Assembly (NCBI GenBank): GCA_028534125.1
Contig: CM052818.1
Coordinates: 38,380,001 to 38,444,000 of the forward strand
Origin: Lama glama
Taxonomy: Eukaryota
Direction: 5' to 3'
Length of the DNA stretch: 64,000 nt
The notes under the pieces are model-generated. The model was not told where the DNA came from. It ran no database searches and saw only the letters and a program-made list of their open reading frames with translations. Positions within the stretch are counted from its first letter, which is position 1. The number at the start of each line of letters is the position of its first letter. The position numbers and the translations under genes were made by a program. Positions 27,612 to 40,125 of the stretch are shown here, one piece after another.

Positions 27612-27983
27612 TGCTATCGACTGAATGTTTGTGTCCTCTCAAAATTCAAATGTTGAAACCCTAATTTCCAATTTGATAGTGTGTGCAGGTAGGGCCTTTG
27701 AGAGGGAATTAGGTCATGCAGGTGGAACCCCTGATGGGATTAGTGCCCTTAGAAGAAGACACAGGAGAGAGCTTGCTTGCTCTGTCTCTCTGCTCTTGGC
27801 CATGTGGGGACATCAAGAAGACAGCCATCTGCAAACAAGGAAGAGAGTTCTCACCAAAACCCAGCCATGTTCGCACCCTGATCTCAGACTTTCCAGGCTC
27901 CGGAACTGTGGGAAATAAATTCCTGTTGTTTAAGCTACCTTGTTTGCAATATTCCACCACAGCAGCCAGGACTGACTGAGGCA
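27612..27983 (+). mobile_element. MaLR solo LTR (MLT1A-like), full length with 5-bp TSD
   Basis: TG...CA termini; perfect TSD 'gaaaa' at 27607-27611 and 27984-27988; 'tgaatgtttgtgtcc', 'ggaactgtgggaaataaattcctgttgtttaagc'. Confidence 0.93.
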
Positions 27984-28453
27984 GAAAATGATACATTAAG
28001 TGTATTCTCTAGCAACCTTTGGAGAACAAAATCTGCCCACACTCTTCAAAGCCTCAGAGCATTTCTAAAATTTCTCTTGCAGCTGGCCTTGTCCTGGGTA
28101 GGCTAGGTCTGCCCTTCTCATGGCCTTTTCTCTGATTTGCATCTTGGAAGCTCCTACAGAAAGCCTTGTTTTCAGAGATAAAGCCCTCCCTAGCCTGGCT
28201 GTGTTTCAACTCATTCCAATAATATCTAACATATATTATCAACTCTACTCTGAAGAGGGCTCCAAGTTGGGTATTCGGAGCAGAAAGGGGACAAACCATG
28301 CCCAACCTGTGCTTTCTATGGTCTCCTCCAGGACAAAAGATAATTGAGCATTCTGGTTCAGAAAAGTATGTCTTTCTTCAAGGGGCTTACATCAATATGG
28401 AGCCATCAGAGTCTCCTGCTGATCCTTTCTTTACTAGAGAACCCACATGTCAT

Positions 28454-28850
28454 TGCATTAGTCAGCTACTGCTTCAAAACAATGTGCAAGACAAACACTC
28501 CCCAAATCTCACTGGCTTATAACAACAAACACTCATTTTTCTCCCTCATAGGTCTACAGATAACTGGGCTCTGCTAGGTTTGGATCTGGACTAAAGATAG
28601 AGTTCAGGTACATTCCATGTATCTTATCATGGATTAGAGCTATCCAAAGCATGTTATTCCTTGGCAGAGAGCAGAAATACAAGAGATCAAGCCAAACAAC
28701 CCAACCACACTCATAGAGTCTGCTCACACCATATATACTAGTATCCCATTGGTTGGGATGTACACCAAAGTCACAGGACAAAACTCATGAAGGCATCATT
28801 CTATTATAGAGAAGGAGAAAACAGTTAAGTTCAACAATCCACCTGCCAGT
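28454..28850 (-). mobile_element. Old MaLR LTR (MLT1H/I/J-like)
   Basis: 'tgcattagtcagcta...ccccaaatctcactggcttataacaacaaaca' ... 'atcccattgg...aagtcac'. Confidence 0.7.
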
Positions 28851-29284
28851 CAGTAATAACTAATCTACTGTTTGAGACAACTTCTTAAACCTCAGATGCC
28901 CCTGACAGAGAAGAGCCTCTGAGGCCCATGAGACAGAATCAATTGGCCAATCAGTCACACTTCCCTTCCATTGTGGCCTAGCACAACAATGGCCCATTGT
29001 AACCAGGAAGCAGCTGTAGACACAAAGGGAAGCATCCTTCATTGTGTTTCCCTGGCTTTGTTCCAGGCCTCAGTAGAATACAAACCAGAATCTCAGGCAG
29101 CCTTGGCACTAGGCAAAGGTGAATCATCTCTGTAGCAAGTCTGGCTACCAGAGAGAATAGAGTAATAGGGTCAAACATCATAAGGCCAGACTTCCCTGTC
29201 CAGCTCCACCACTATCCTCAGAGGCTGGGGTGTCCTGGCCCTCAGGAGCAGCTGTGGCCATCCAGTTGTCATGATCAAACCCTC

Positions 29285-29450
29285 GTAATAATAACTGCCA
29301 TTTTCAGAGGGGTTTACTGTTTGCCAGGCACTATATGAAATCCTCTATTTTGATTTACTCTTCTGAAAACCCTATGAGATGGGCATTAATAACCCCAATT
29401 TACAGATATGGTTCAAAAAGGTAAGATCATTTTCTCAAGGCTACACAGCA
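29285..29450 (-). mobile_element. MIR SINE
   Basis: 'tgccaggcact' ... 'accctatgagatgggcattaataaccccaatttacagat'. Confidence 0.75.
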
Positions 29451-32400
29451 CAAGGCCTGACAGATAGCAGAAGGATAAAGATAACTTAGACAGAGCCATG
29501 GGCCTGGACCCCCCGCTCTTCTGTTAAACAACATCCAGGTGGTTAATTCCAATTCTAGGGTCTCCATTCTACCATCCTTAAGTTCCCACCATGAAAACTG
29601 TAAGAGGGCTATGGTGAATTGGGGAAGGGCTTTGTGCAGAACTCTGTGTCCCTAGGAGAATAGATACAGGAGTCTTTGGCCTATGACTTCAAATCTTACC
29701 TTATCTCTCACAGTGTATCTTTCAGAACAGCATGTCTGAGCTATGAGAAAGCTCAGTTCAAGAGAGAAAAGCCTGGATCATAGGAGGAGAAATGCTTCCT
29801 TGGATTTGGCTGTGAGGTCCCTCGACCTTAGTGACTCAGTGTGGCTTGCCCAGACTCCTTCCCACCAAGGCATTCTACAGCAGGCTAGGAAGAAGGCTCC
29901 CCAACCTCGGCTGGTTGACTTGCAACAGTGCCTCTGGTCCACGTGACTAATGCAGCAGGAGTTGCCTCACTCACACTGCCATTGAGGGAGAAATGCACTG
30001 CCATTTTCCCCATTTCTACCAGACAGAGCTCCCCAGCCAGACTGTCCCTGCCCCTCAGAGCTTGGGGAGCCAACTCCTGTCATAATAGGGGACTTAGAAG
30101 AGGAAGGGGTTTGAATGGCTAAGCCAAAGAGAGCCCTGACCTTCTCTGAGGGTCCTATTGGATTATTCAGATGGAGGCCCTATATCCATCACATTCAGAA
30201 TCCCTGTGTTCCCTTGGTGACAACCTCTAAGGGTACCTGGAACAACAAAGCAATCGTGAAGCCATGTTCTCTGCCCTCGGATATTAATCCTGTTGACACC
30301 ACATTTTTAACCAAGGATGGGGAATGGGGCTCATTGTGGATGAAGGTGAGATGACAAAGTCTCCCTGAGAAAAACTCAGAAGGTCCTCAGTAGACAGGGA
30401 GGACAAAAAGGGGAGCCAGACCCCAGGCAAGGTCAGGCCTGTGCCAGAGAGTGGCTCCCCCTTCTAAGTTCATTCCATATTCTGTGCACCATCTCAGAGG
30501 ACGGTCATCTGTGAGAGGAAGGAGAGCTATGGGCCCTGCAAGGAGGGGTCTCCTCGGCAAAGGGCTGCAACCACAGCTGCCCAGCACCCACGGAACTGAG
30601 GAAGGTACTGGGGGCAGCCCGGGCTCGTGTTTAACCCTTCCTTCAGTGCATTTTCTGTGGTAAAATGTGATTTATTCCAGAGAGAGCCTCAGAAGATTCC
30701 TTCTTCACAAGGTCATCATAATAAGTGATTTGACTTTGGAAAACAAAATAACAGAGCCAAAAACACTTGACCCAAACTTTCTGGAACAGTGAGCAGTTCT
30801 TTCTGTCGGCACTCTGGGTGACACTCTGTTTAGTAAGTTTGAAAAAGAAAAGCATTTTGACAGTCTTTTTCATGCCTTCTGCGTCTTCAGCTCCAGGAAG
30901 CCTCGGCTGGTGAAGTGCCCCTGCCTGGGGCTGTCGCAGCTCCCATGCTCTCCACGACACAGCTCATGTCACGCCCCATTGTTACTGCCCCTTGCTTCCT
31001 CCCCCTCAAGGAAAGAACATTTTCATTTCTGTACATTCTGGCTGATGAGAGTTCACTAGGTTTGTTGAATAACAAATAGATAAAATTCCATTTTCCCTGA
31101 TCCTTCTACATGTCTCTCTCCCTACCCCACTACCTGCGTCAGAAAATTCCTCTTCTTTGAATTTTGGGACCCAGAGGATACGTAGCCTGGCACTGGGCTC
31201 CGGTTTAGTCTCCACAGGTAGAGGGTTCAGCAACTCAAATGCAGGCGCCATATTAGACAAGTCTCTGCACCCCAAACCCTCACACCGCCAACAGAGCAGG
31301 ACTGAAGCATGTGCTCAGGCAGCCTTGCCTCAGGGACGTGCTGTTGGTGGTGGCATTCTGGTTTCATGCACACTCACTCTCCAGCTCACCGAGAATACTG
31401 AGCACCAAGGTCAGGACCACAAATGCTGCTTCCTGCCCCATCTCCTGCTCTGAATCAAAGCAACCTAAGTTCTGTACAAACACTCTAATCCTGTCCTCTG
31501 TGTCTCTTTGCAGATGACTCCAAGGGAAAGCTGTAGTGTTCATCGTGCACCCAGGGCAAGGAGGAGGAATGGTGAGGATCCATGGCAGAGTCAATCCCTG
31601 CTCTTCAGGGAAGGAAGCAGCAGTGCCTGGCAAACCAGTGAGCTCAGCACCCACTACGAGGCACAGCTGCCCCGACTCCACCCCGCCCACACCTCCCAGA
31701 TCACACAGTACCTCACACCTTGAGCTGCTGAGCTAGCTGACAGCTCCCTGGAAGGTACTAAGGCCTAGAAGGAACTGAAGGGAAGGAGCAAGAAGCTCCT
31801 TTTAGGATTATCTTCTTAACATTCTAAGGATCCATGTCAGGAACCCAGAAAACCTGGCACACAAGGCTTCCCCTTGTTGTAATCACTTCATCAGCAGGTG
31901 TTCTCTGTCAACTAAATGAAGCAGATGGAGCCATCTGAGCCACAGTACCAGCCTTCACAGTTCCTATTTGGATGGTGAGGCAAGACTTACACAGAAGCAG
32001 CTACGGACACCACACTGTGGATGAGCAGACTGAACAGGTAACAAAGGACTTCAGAGCAGCAGGAATTCACATGAAGGACATAGGTCACCTGAGACTAGTT
32101 CCTAGAGGTGGTGAAGCCTGAGCTGGCTCCCAAATGAGAGAGACGTCAATTTAAGTAAAAAGAAGGTTCAGAGAATTTCAAGTTGAAACACCACATGAGC
32201 ACAGATTTTGTGGTAAGATATGCAAACTGTAAATTTTCAGCAATGGCAGAATGGGCCATTCAATCCCACTGCACAAAATGATGCTGTCTTCTTAGGCTTG
32301 ATATTAGTTTAAAATAAAATAAAACTATTTCCCGCTTGATTACAGTTAGAATCAGAGATGGCTTTTCAGTCTGACCCTCAGTAGTGTTTAAAATAGTGGA

Positions 32401-33589
32401 AAAGAACAGATAAGGCATTGACTAAAATAAATGTTTCCGATCTCAATCCAGTTACTGCTGAATTCAGCAACAGATTGGAAAGGTAGGTCGCCTCTGGCAT
32501 TCTCAGCCATAAGAAATTTAACGATGGATGAAAATGGATAAAATCAAGATGCTCTGATAGAAAGGAGAGGCTTCAATATCTCAGAAAATTAGGATCCTTG
32601 TAACCAATTTTACAATGGCTGGATTATAGCTAAATAGGATTTTAACTCTATTGTAAATGAAAGGAAATCTAATTTAACTGGGCCACATCATTTTTACTGA
32701 AATGTGATAAATGCTAATTTCCTTGCCGGGCACCAGTGACTTGGCTTGTGATAGCTGTTTGCAAGGTGCTCAAGTCCGACCAATCTCAAATTGGCCTTTT
32801 CGAGTCCTAAGGCTGGGCCTGGAACCCACATCTTCAGGATGAGGTGAGCAATTAAGGGAAGCAATCAAAGTTTTACCGACTTTGCTCTGGAGTATCGTCA
32901 CAATGTGCCCAACCACTGTTAGCCTGACCAGAGCTGCCAGAGAGTATCCCAAACACCTGATTTTAACAATTCTCCCTCTTTACTTGTTTGAATCTGTTCT
33001 AAGCAAAGTAAAAAATATCCCCCCAAATATCCAAAGGCATTGTTTTCACATACACAAAAATCAAGAGACAGAAAAGAACAGGTCAACATGGCAGACAATG
33101 AGCAGTGAGCATGGCTGGTACACAAGATATCAGATGGAAAGCAAAATGGCTTATGTGTGTATTACTGAAATGTCCCCCAGCATTCCAATTCCAGAGTCAT
33201 TCTTTCTTTTAATGTTCAAATAAAATCACTGGAGTCCCTAAATCACTTCCCCATCACACAATTCCCTGGGAATGCAAACACGGAGTGCTTCTAGTCCCCA
33301 AGGCAATTGTAAACCATGACTGGCACTGGACTGTAATACTTAACCAACTTCCCTGAACACTTGGGGATGTCATAATAAATTACAAGACTAAAAATGAAAA
33401 CTTAAATACTTCTAAAATCTACTAGCTATAACGCATTCCTTACCTTTACTGATCCTTTCCCTCCTTAGCCCTGGCCCTGTTGCTGAGGTCTGTCCTTGCT
33501 CGTAACAGTTCCTTCCACTGACTTGTCTTTGCCTGTTTCGTGGGCCCCCAGCCCCTGTCCTCAAAACCATCTAATAACGATAGTCATGT

Positions 33590-33830
33590 TCATAACTATA
33601 GCTAATATTTACTGAGCACTTCCATATATGACAGTTTTAGGTCCTTTGTTTGCATTAATTCATTCAATCCTTCTACTAGCCTTATGTGATGAGACTAGCC
33701 ATATTTTACAGATAAGAAAGCTAAAGCACAAACAGATTAATTATCCAAAGTTTAGAGAACTGGTACGTGGTGAGGTTATGATTCAAACCCAGGAATCTAA
33801 TTCCAGAGATAATGGTCTGAACTTTTACAT
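33590..33830 (-). mobile_element. MIR SINE, near full length
   Basis: 'agctaatatttactgagcactt' ... 'attttacagataagaaagcta' ... 'gattcaaacccagg'. Confidence 0.85.
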
Positions 33831-33910
33831 ACTGTAAATCCAAAGAACAATTTCTATACCCAAGGAAAATCCAGTTCATTTTAATATATAAGGCAGCTTA
33901 GTGAAGACTC

Positions 33911-34654
33911 TGTGATCATTATGTGTCAACTTAGCTAGGCTATGTGCCTGGTTGCTCGGTTCAACACCAGTCTAGATGTCTCTATAAAGATATTTTTAGA
34001 TATATAGACTATAAGAAAATCATTAAATCAGTGAATGAGTAAATCATAAGTAAATAACTAAATAAGTAAACAATTAAATCAGTAAAAATTAGTAAATAAG
34101 TAAATCAGTAGACTTTGAGTAAATAAATCATCAAATTCCCCTCCATAACATAGGTGGACCTCATCTAAGCATGGAAGGCCTTAGGAACAAAAACTGAGGT
34201 TCCCTGAAATAGAAGGAATTCTACCCAAGACTGCAACATAGACTGCATTGCATATTTGAAATTTACTGAGAGAGTAGATCTTAAGCATTCACACCATGGG
34301 GAAAGAAAAATAAAAAAAGGTATCCGTTGAGGTGATGGATATGTTAATTAAAGTTGACTGTGATATTTCACAATGTATACATATGTCAAATCATCACACT
34401 GTACATTTTAAATATATGCAATTTATTTGTCAATTATACCTCAGTAAAGCTGGAAAAAATAAACATAGATGTTAAAGAGAGAGGAAAAAAAGCTTTTTAG
34501 AAAAGACGACTGCAACATACCTGGCTGAGTTTCCAGCCTGCTGTCCTGTGGAATTAGGATGCAAGACTTGCAACATCAACTCAATTTCCAGCCCACCAAA
34601 CTGCCCAACAAAGTTCAGATTGGCCAGCCCCTACAATAGTATGAGCCAATTCCT
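33911..34654 (+). mobile_element. ERVL MLT2B-like LTR, interrupted by an L1 3' fragment
   Basis: 'tatgtgtcaacttagctaggcta', 'aaatcagtagactttgagtaaa', 'ttccagcctgctg', 'gccagcccc...tgagccaattcc'. Confidence 0.85.
34241..34507 (+). mobile_element. L1 3'-UTR fragment (L1MA9/10-like) nested in MLT2B
   Basis: 'gagagtagatcttaag', 'gaggtgatggatatgttaatta', 'tcaattatacctcagtaaagctgg'; 12-bp TSD 'gactgcaacata' at 34229-34240 and 34508-34519. Confidence 0.88.
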
Positions 34655-35035
34655 AGGAGGCTGGGAGTAGATCTAAAGCTTCTAATAGGCTTAGATCTTT
34701 CAAGCCTTTAAAATCTTGCTTCGATGGGATGCCAATCCAAGCTTAATGTTCATGTTTGATTGTACTGAAAGAAACCCTCCCTAGACAGGATAGATTCGAG
34801 GCAGGAATAAAAAAGGTAAGGGAGAAATGAAGCCCAACCTTCCACACTCTTTCCCAGTGGAACTTTTACCGAAGGGAGGACAACCCATACTCCTTCCATC
34901 CAGAAAGAAGCTTGGGCAACACTCTGATCCACAAATGAAGCAAACTCTGCTGCATCCAGAGGGGTTTTCTCAAGATATGACCACCTCACATTGCCCACTG
35001 TGAGCACCTGATACTTCCTTCTCTACTTGGGGAAC

Positions 35036-35383
35036 TGCTGTGATCTGAATGTTTGTGTCCCCCCAAATCCATATGTTGAAGCCCCCACCCCTTAAAGATG
35101 AAGGTAATAGTAGGTGAGATCTTTGGGAGGTGACAGGTCAAGAGAGTGGTGCCCTCATGAACGAGATTACTGCTCTCAGAAGGGATCCCACAGAGCTCCC
35201 TAGCCCCTTCTCCCATGTGAGGATACAATGAGGAGTCTGTGACCCAAGAAGCGGCTCTCACAAAACTCTGCTGGCACGCTGTTCTCAGATTTCTAGCCTC
35301 TAGGACTGAGAAATAAGTTTCTGTTTATAAGCCACCAAGTATGCGGTATTTTGTCATAACAGCCCAAAGACAGTTACCAAGAT
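35036..35383 (+). mobile_element. MaLR solo LTR (MLT1A-like)
   Basis: 'tgctgtgatctgaatgtttgtgtccccccaaatccatatgttgaa' ... 'gtttataagccacc...tattttgtcataacagccc'. Confidence 0.9.
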
Positions 35384-35619
35384 CTCCTTATGCTTGGTGA
35401 CACCACATCTTGCCCATTAGCCACATGACTCAACTTAAAGTCTGAGGCATGGGAATTAACACCTGCTGAGTGGAGTCCAGTGGCCTTCCTATAAGGGGTT
35501 AAACATACATTCACATTTAGAAAAACGTTATGGCCCCATTCCTGGATTTTGTTAGTCCCTCAGCTTACTCCAGCTCATTCTCCAATTCCCACTCTCAACC
35601 ATCAAGGACAAAGATATAC

Positions 35620-36150
35620 ACACCTCCCCAAACTCTCCTAATACATTCCCACTCACTTACTCTACTCCACCTCATTGGCCTTTGTGTTGTTGCTCATAAA
35701 AGCTAAGAAAGCTCCTTTCTGCCTGAAGACCTTTGCGGTCACTTGTTTCCTCCACCCAGAATGATTTTCTCAGATTGTTTCATGCCCTACTTCTTCCTTT
35801 TGCTAAAACTTCAGCCCAGTTGTCACCTTCTCAGATAGGACTTCCCCATGTAAAAGAACATCTGCCCCTACTGTCTTATCATGCTTTTGTTTCCTTTATA
35901 GCATTTTGACTAGGGACAACTGTGTTTGTATATAAATGTATCTGCATATGTGTATGTATATAAATAGGATGCGTTTGTATGTAAATATACTTGTGTATGT
36001 GCATGTTAATTGTCCACAGAACCCCACTGGGGTGAAAGCTTCATAAGACCAGCAGCTCATTGTCTCTTTTGCTCATAGCTTTTTCCTCAAAATCTAAAAA
36101 AAGCACTTGGCATATAGTAGGGTATCCAGGTAAATAAATGAAATAACATA
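35620..36150 (+). mobile_element. L2 LINE 3' end
   Basis: 'gacctttgc...ccagaatgatttt', 'tgtcaccttctcagatagg', 'gcacttggcatatagtagg...taaataaatgaa'. Confidence 0.7.
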
Positions 36151-36294
36151 TTTTATATGATTTAATTAAAGGGTTCAGCTAGTCTTCCTGTCCAAATAAG
36201 TGAACCAGTATCTTTATAATTTGCTACAAAATAATCCAACTTTTTACCTATTGGTTTTTTAGTGATGACTTTATCATAGACCCAGTTCCCATAT

Positions 36295-36381
36295 TTAAGG
36301 TACTAGATTTTGAAAAGGTAGGTTGAAATATCGTTGGAAATACAAATAATATGAATAAAAACTTTAAATCTAGTACCTTAA
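36295..36381. repeat. Perfect 16-bp inverted repeat with TTAA outer ends (candidate MITE)
   Basis: ttaaggtactagattt (36295-36310) and its exact reverse complement aaatctagtaccttaa (36366-36381), 55-bp spacer. Confidence 0.85.
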
Positions 36382-37421
36382 CAACTGCGAGACGTTCCAT
36401 GCTGTGCGTGTTTTTTAAAAGCTCCCTATGTGATTTCCATGCGTCCCCTCACCCCTACCCCACATGAAGAACTATTGCTCTAACTATTTAGACCTCACGT
36501 GGGCTCGGCACTGGAAGATAAAGAAATGGTGTAAGGCATAGATTTTGCCCTTGAATCACTTACTGTCTCAGTGGGAAGACAAAACATGTACTGGAAACCA
36601 TCAGAATATTAAGTACTAAATTTTCCGGAAAATTATACACATGGAAGAGCATTAAGATAAACGCTATAGGAGACAATCAGAAACCAAGAATAGCTTGGTC
36701 GTGTGTGAAGGATTCATTGTGACTATCAGACCTGATTTTTATATAAAGGTCAATAAATAAAATGGAATCTGCCCTGTCCCTTTGGGAAGAAGGTTTACAC
36801 CGGCAGCTTCCTCCACTCACCACCTAGTTTTTTTCCCCCAGTTAAGTATCTGCAAGTGAAAAATGAACTACATTGATGGAACAAGAAATGGTGTTAGAGC
36901 TTCTAATTCTTGTCCTTTACTTAAAATTAAATGGCTATGACACGACTGCCTGAATTGAAGCACATGGTGAATCTGCTACTCATTCCATCCCCTAAGTGTG
37001 CTAAGTGTGTGCTTGTGTGTGTGTGTGTGCACGAGCCTACGTGTGTTCATCTTCTTAAAATACATTATAATGAATCACCAGGCCCCTCCCACCCCAGGCT
37101 GGCCATGGAAACTCTGACCCAAACCGAAGCTCTGAATAGTGTACTGGTTCTTTTCCAGGTGCTTTCAGTAATTTCTACCTTAAAAACATGCAGCATTTCT
37201 CGCAGTAAAGCCTTTCAAAAAACTTAGCGCTGTATTTGTACACAACCCACCCCCTCAGCAATTCTATGAGATCCTTAGATTTGCATGTTTGTGTTAGACT
37301 AATTTCTGGTTCCACATTTTTCTTCTTTTTTTCTCCTCTTTCAAAAATATATTACTTGCTTTAAGTCCATATTGGAACAAGGCAGGGGCAAATAAATATA
37401 TATTAACTTTTAGCATCTCCC

Positions 37422-37617
37422 AAGCGGCTCTCAGCATGTGGGCTCCTGAGCAGCAGCAGCAGCAGCAGCAGCAGCACCTGAGGACTTGTTGAAACTGCAA
37501 AACCTCAAGCTCCACCTCAGGCATACTGAACTAGCAACTCTCAGGACGGGGCTCAGCGGTCTGTATTTCAATTAGCTTTCCGTTGATTCTGATGCACCCT
37601 AAATGCAAGAACCACTG
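37422..37617 (+). mobile_element. MER5A DNA transposon containing (CAG)8
   Basis: MER5A-like 'cacctgaggacttgtt', 'tactgaactagcaactct', 'tgattctgatgcac...agaaccactg'; (CAG)8 at 37451-37474. Confidence 0.85.
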
Positions 37618-37871
37618 TTCTAAAAGATGATAAACTTGACCGGTGCTGCTGGAATCATGAGGGAGGCCCAGAAAATGAGAGTACCCAGGGCAGGCTTAAA
37701 GGGTGGACTGCCCTTGAATTAGAAGATCTGGTCATCTTAACATTTCTGAAAATTTCACCCTGTCATGTGACTTCCAGTGATTATACTGCGAACAACTCCC
37801 CAGATATCCCTCAAGTTATATTGAAATGTCAGCTTTTAACTGAGGCCACTGGTGTAAATTGGATTTATTTT

Positions 37872-38627
37872 TCCTTCCCCCACCTCACTTTAATTGAAGT
37901 ACAGTCAGTTTACAATGTTGTGGTAATTTCTGGTGTACAACATAGTGATTCATATATATATATATATATATATATTTCTTTTCCTATTCTTTTTCATTAT
38001 GGGTTATTACAGGATATTGAATATAGTTCCCTGTGCTACCCAGTAGGATCTTGTTGTTTATCTATTTTATATATAGTAGTTAGTATCTGCAAATATTGAA
38101 CTCTCAGTTTATCCCTCTAGTTTCCCCCATTTCCCCCCTGATAACCATAAGTTTGTTTTCTATGTCTGTGAATCTGTTTCTATTTTGTTAAGTTCATTTG
38201 TTTCATGTTTTAAAACTCCATATGTAAGTGATATCATATGGTATTTTTCACTTGGTATGACAATCTCCAGGTGTATCCATATTGCTGCAAATGGTATTAT
38301 TCTACACTGTATTTTTATGGCTGAGTAGTATTCCACTGTGTGTGTCTGTGTGTGTGTGTGTGACAACTTCTTTATCCAATCATCTGTCCATGGACATTTA
38401 GATTGCTTCCACATCTTGACTACTGTAAATAGTGCTTCTGTGAACACTGGGGTGCACATATCTTTTTCAATTAGAGTTCCCTCTGGATATATGCCCAGGA
38501 GTGGGATTGCTGGATCATATGATAAGTCTATTTTCAGTTTTTTAAGGAATCTCCATACTGTTTTCTATAATGACTGTACCAAACTACATCCCCACCAACA
38601 GTGTAGAAGGGTTCCCTTTTCTTCACA
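37872..38627 (-). mobile_element. L1 3' end (ORF2 C-terminus plus 3'UTR), artiodactyl/camelid-type
   Basis: Minus-strand ORF '[30 protein letters not shown]' resembles the L1 ORF2p C-terminus; diverged TSD taaattggatttatttt (37855-37871) vs taaattgagtttatttt (38628-38644). Confidence 0.92.
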
Positions 38628-39261
38628 TAAATTGAGTTTATTTTCACTGAGAACACCTTAGACAAAATTTTGAGAACTGCAGCAAGGCACCCAAATTTTC
38701 CACATTAATAGATAGAAAATCTGACAACCTAGATGAGCAGTTTTCAACCTCATTATACCTAATGCCCCTTTTACTATCCCAAAATGAAATTCGAAGACAC
38801 TATATACCCTTTCTGTGCACAATTTTAAAATAACAAAGTGTCCTATTGGTAATATAAAAGAGAAGCAAAAAGAAAGCAATTTATAATAAAATAATATGTA
38901 TTTTAATAAGTGACTGTTTGGGCATGCCTACCCAAAACATATAAAATAGTCAGATGGTTGCTCCATGAATGAAGCCTCTACAAATACAAATCTATGCAGC
39001 TGCACTGTATTGGTGATTCAGCTATTATAAGCAGCACTACTGTCAGTGATGAGATTTTCCAAAATGGTGAACCAACACTTGGTAAAATTCCAAACAAAAA
39101 AGAGAACAATTTTTTCTCAATCACACAGGTTGCATTCCTGGAGAATTCTGTATAGAGCAAAATGGTGCAAAAAATAAACTTTGTGTGAATATATAGAATG
39201 GAGGAGTTTGCTTCTAGGTTCAAATGATTATAAACGTGTTTTCCACCTACTTGAATATCTG

Positions 39262-39450
39262 GTGGGTCATTCAAAACTCTTGTGAGACTCAGGATTATTC
39301 ATGAGGAAGGACTGTACCACATATTGCAGGACGTCTAGCATACCTGGTTCATATCTAGTAAGTGATTCCCCCCAATCATTATGATAGCCAAAGGTGCCCC
39401 CCATAAATTTCCAAAACACCCCTTAGGAGACAGTAATGCAACCATTGATC
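39262..39450. mobile_element. hAT-Charlie MER20/MER117-type element
   Basis: 'ggactgtaccacatattgcaggacgtctagcat' ... 'atttccaaaacaccccttagg'. Confidence 0.65.
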
Positions 39451-39625
39451 TAGACAAAAATCTCTCTGAATACTCGCTCATCCATCATTTACTCAACAAA
39501 GTGCATAGTTAATGTGTTTCTAGCATGGTGCTTGCTAAATAATGGGGCCACATTCTATTACGGGACATGGAGTGTATACAAGCATCAGGAGACCACAAGG
39601 AAGTGCATAATTAATGCTATACTTT

Positions 39626-40125
39626 NNNNNNNNNNNNNNNNNNNNNNNNNNNNNNNNNNNNNNNNNNNNNNNNNNNNNNNNNNNNNNNNNNNNNNNNNNN
39701 NNNNNNNNNNNNNNNNNNNNNNNNNNNNNNNNNNNNNNNNNNNNNNNNNNNNNNNNNNNNNNNNNNNNNNNNNNNNNNNNNNNNNNNNNNNNNNNNNNNN
39801 NNNNNNNNNNNNNNNNNNNNNNNNNNNNNNNNNNNNNNNNNNNNNNNNNNNNNNNNNNNNNNNNNNNNNNNNNNNNNNNNNNNNNNNNNNNNNNNNNNNN
39901 NNNNNNNNNNNNNNNNNNNNNNNNNNNNNNNNNNNNNNNNNNNNNNNNNNNNNNNNNNNNNNNNNNNNNNNNNNNNNNNNNNNNNNNNNNNNNNNNNNNN
40001 NNNNNNNNNNNNNNNNNNNNNNNNNNNNNNNNNNNNNNNNNNNNNNNNNNNNNNNNNNNNNNNNNNNNNNNNNNNNNNNNNNNNNNNNNNNNNNNNNNNN
40101 NNNNNNNNNNNNNNNNNNNNNNNNN
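39626..40125. other. Assembly gap (exactly 500 N)
   Basis: Run of N. Confidence 1.

Noticed and set aside
34022..34128. CRISPR-like or other repeat-spacer array
   Set aside because: Short degenerate tandem units without unique spacers, in eukaryotic DNA; no such array seen anywhere in the window.
37294..37524. Poly-Cys ORF, or a polyQ-like CAG tract
   Set aside because: The CAG run lies inside a MER5A transposon relic.
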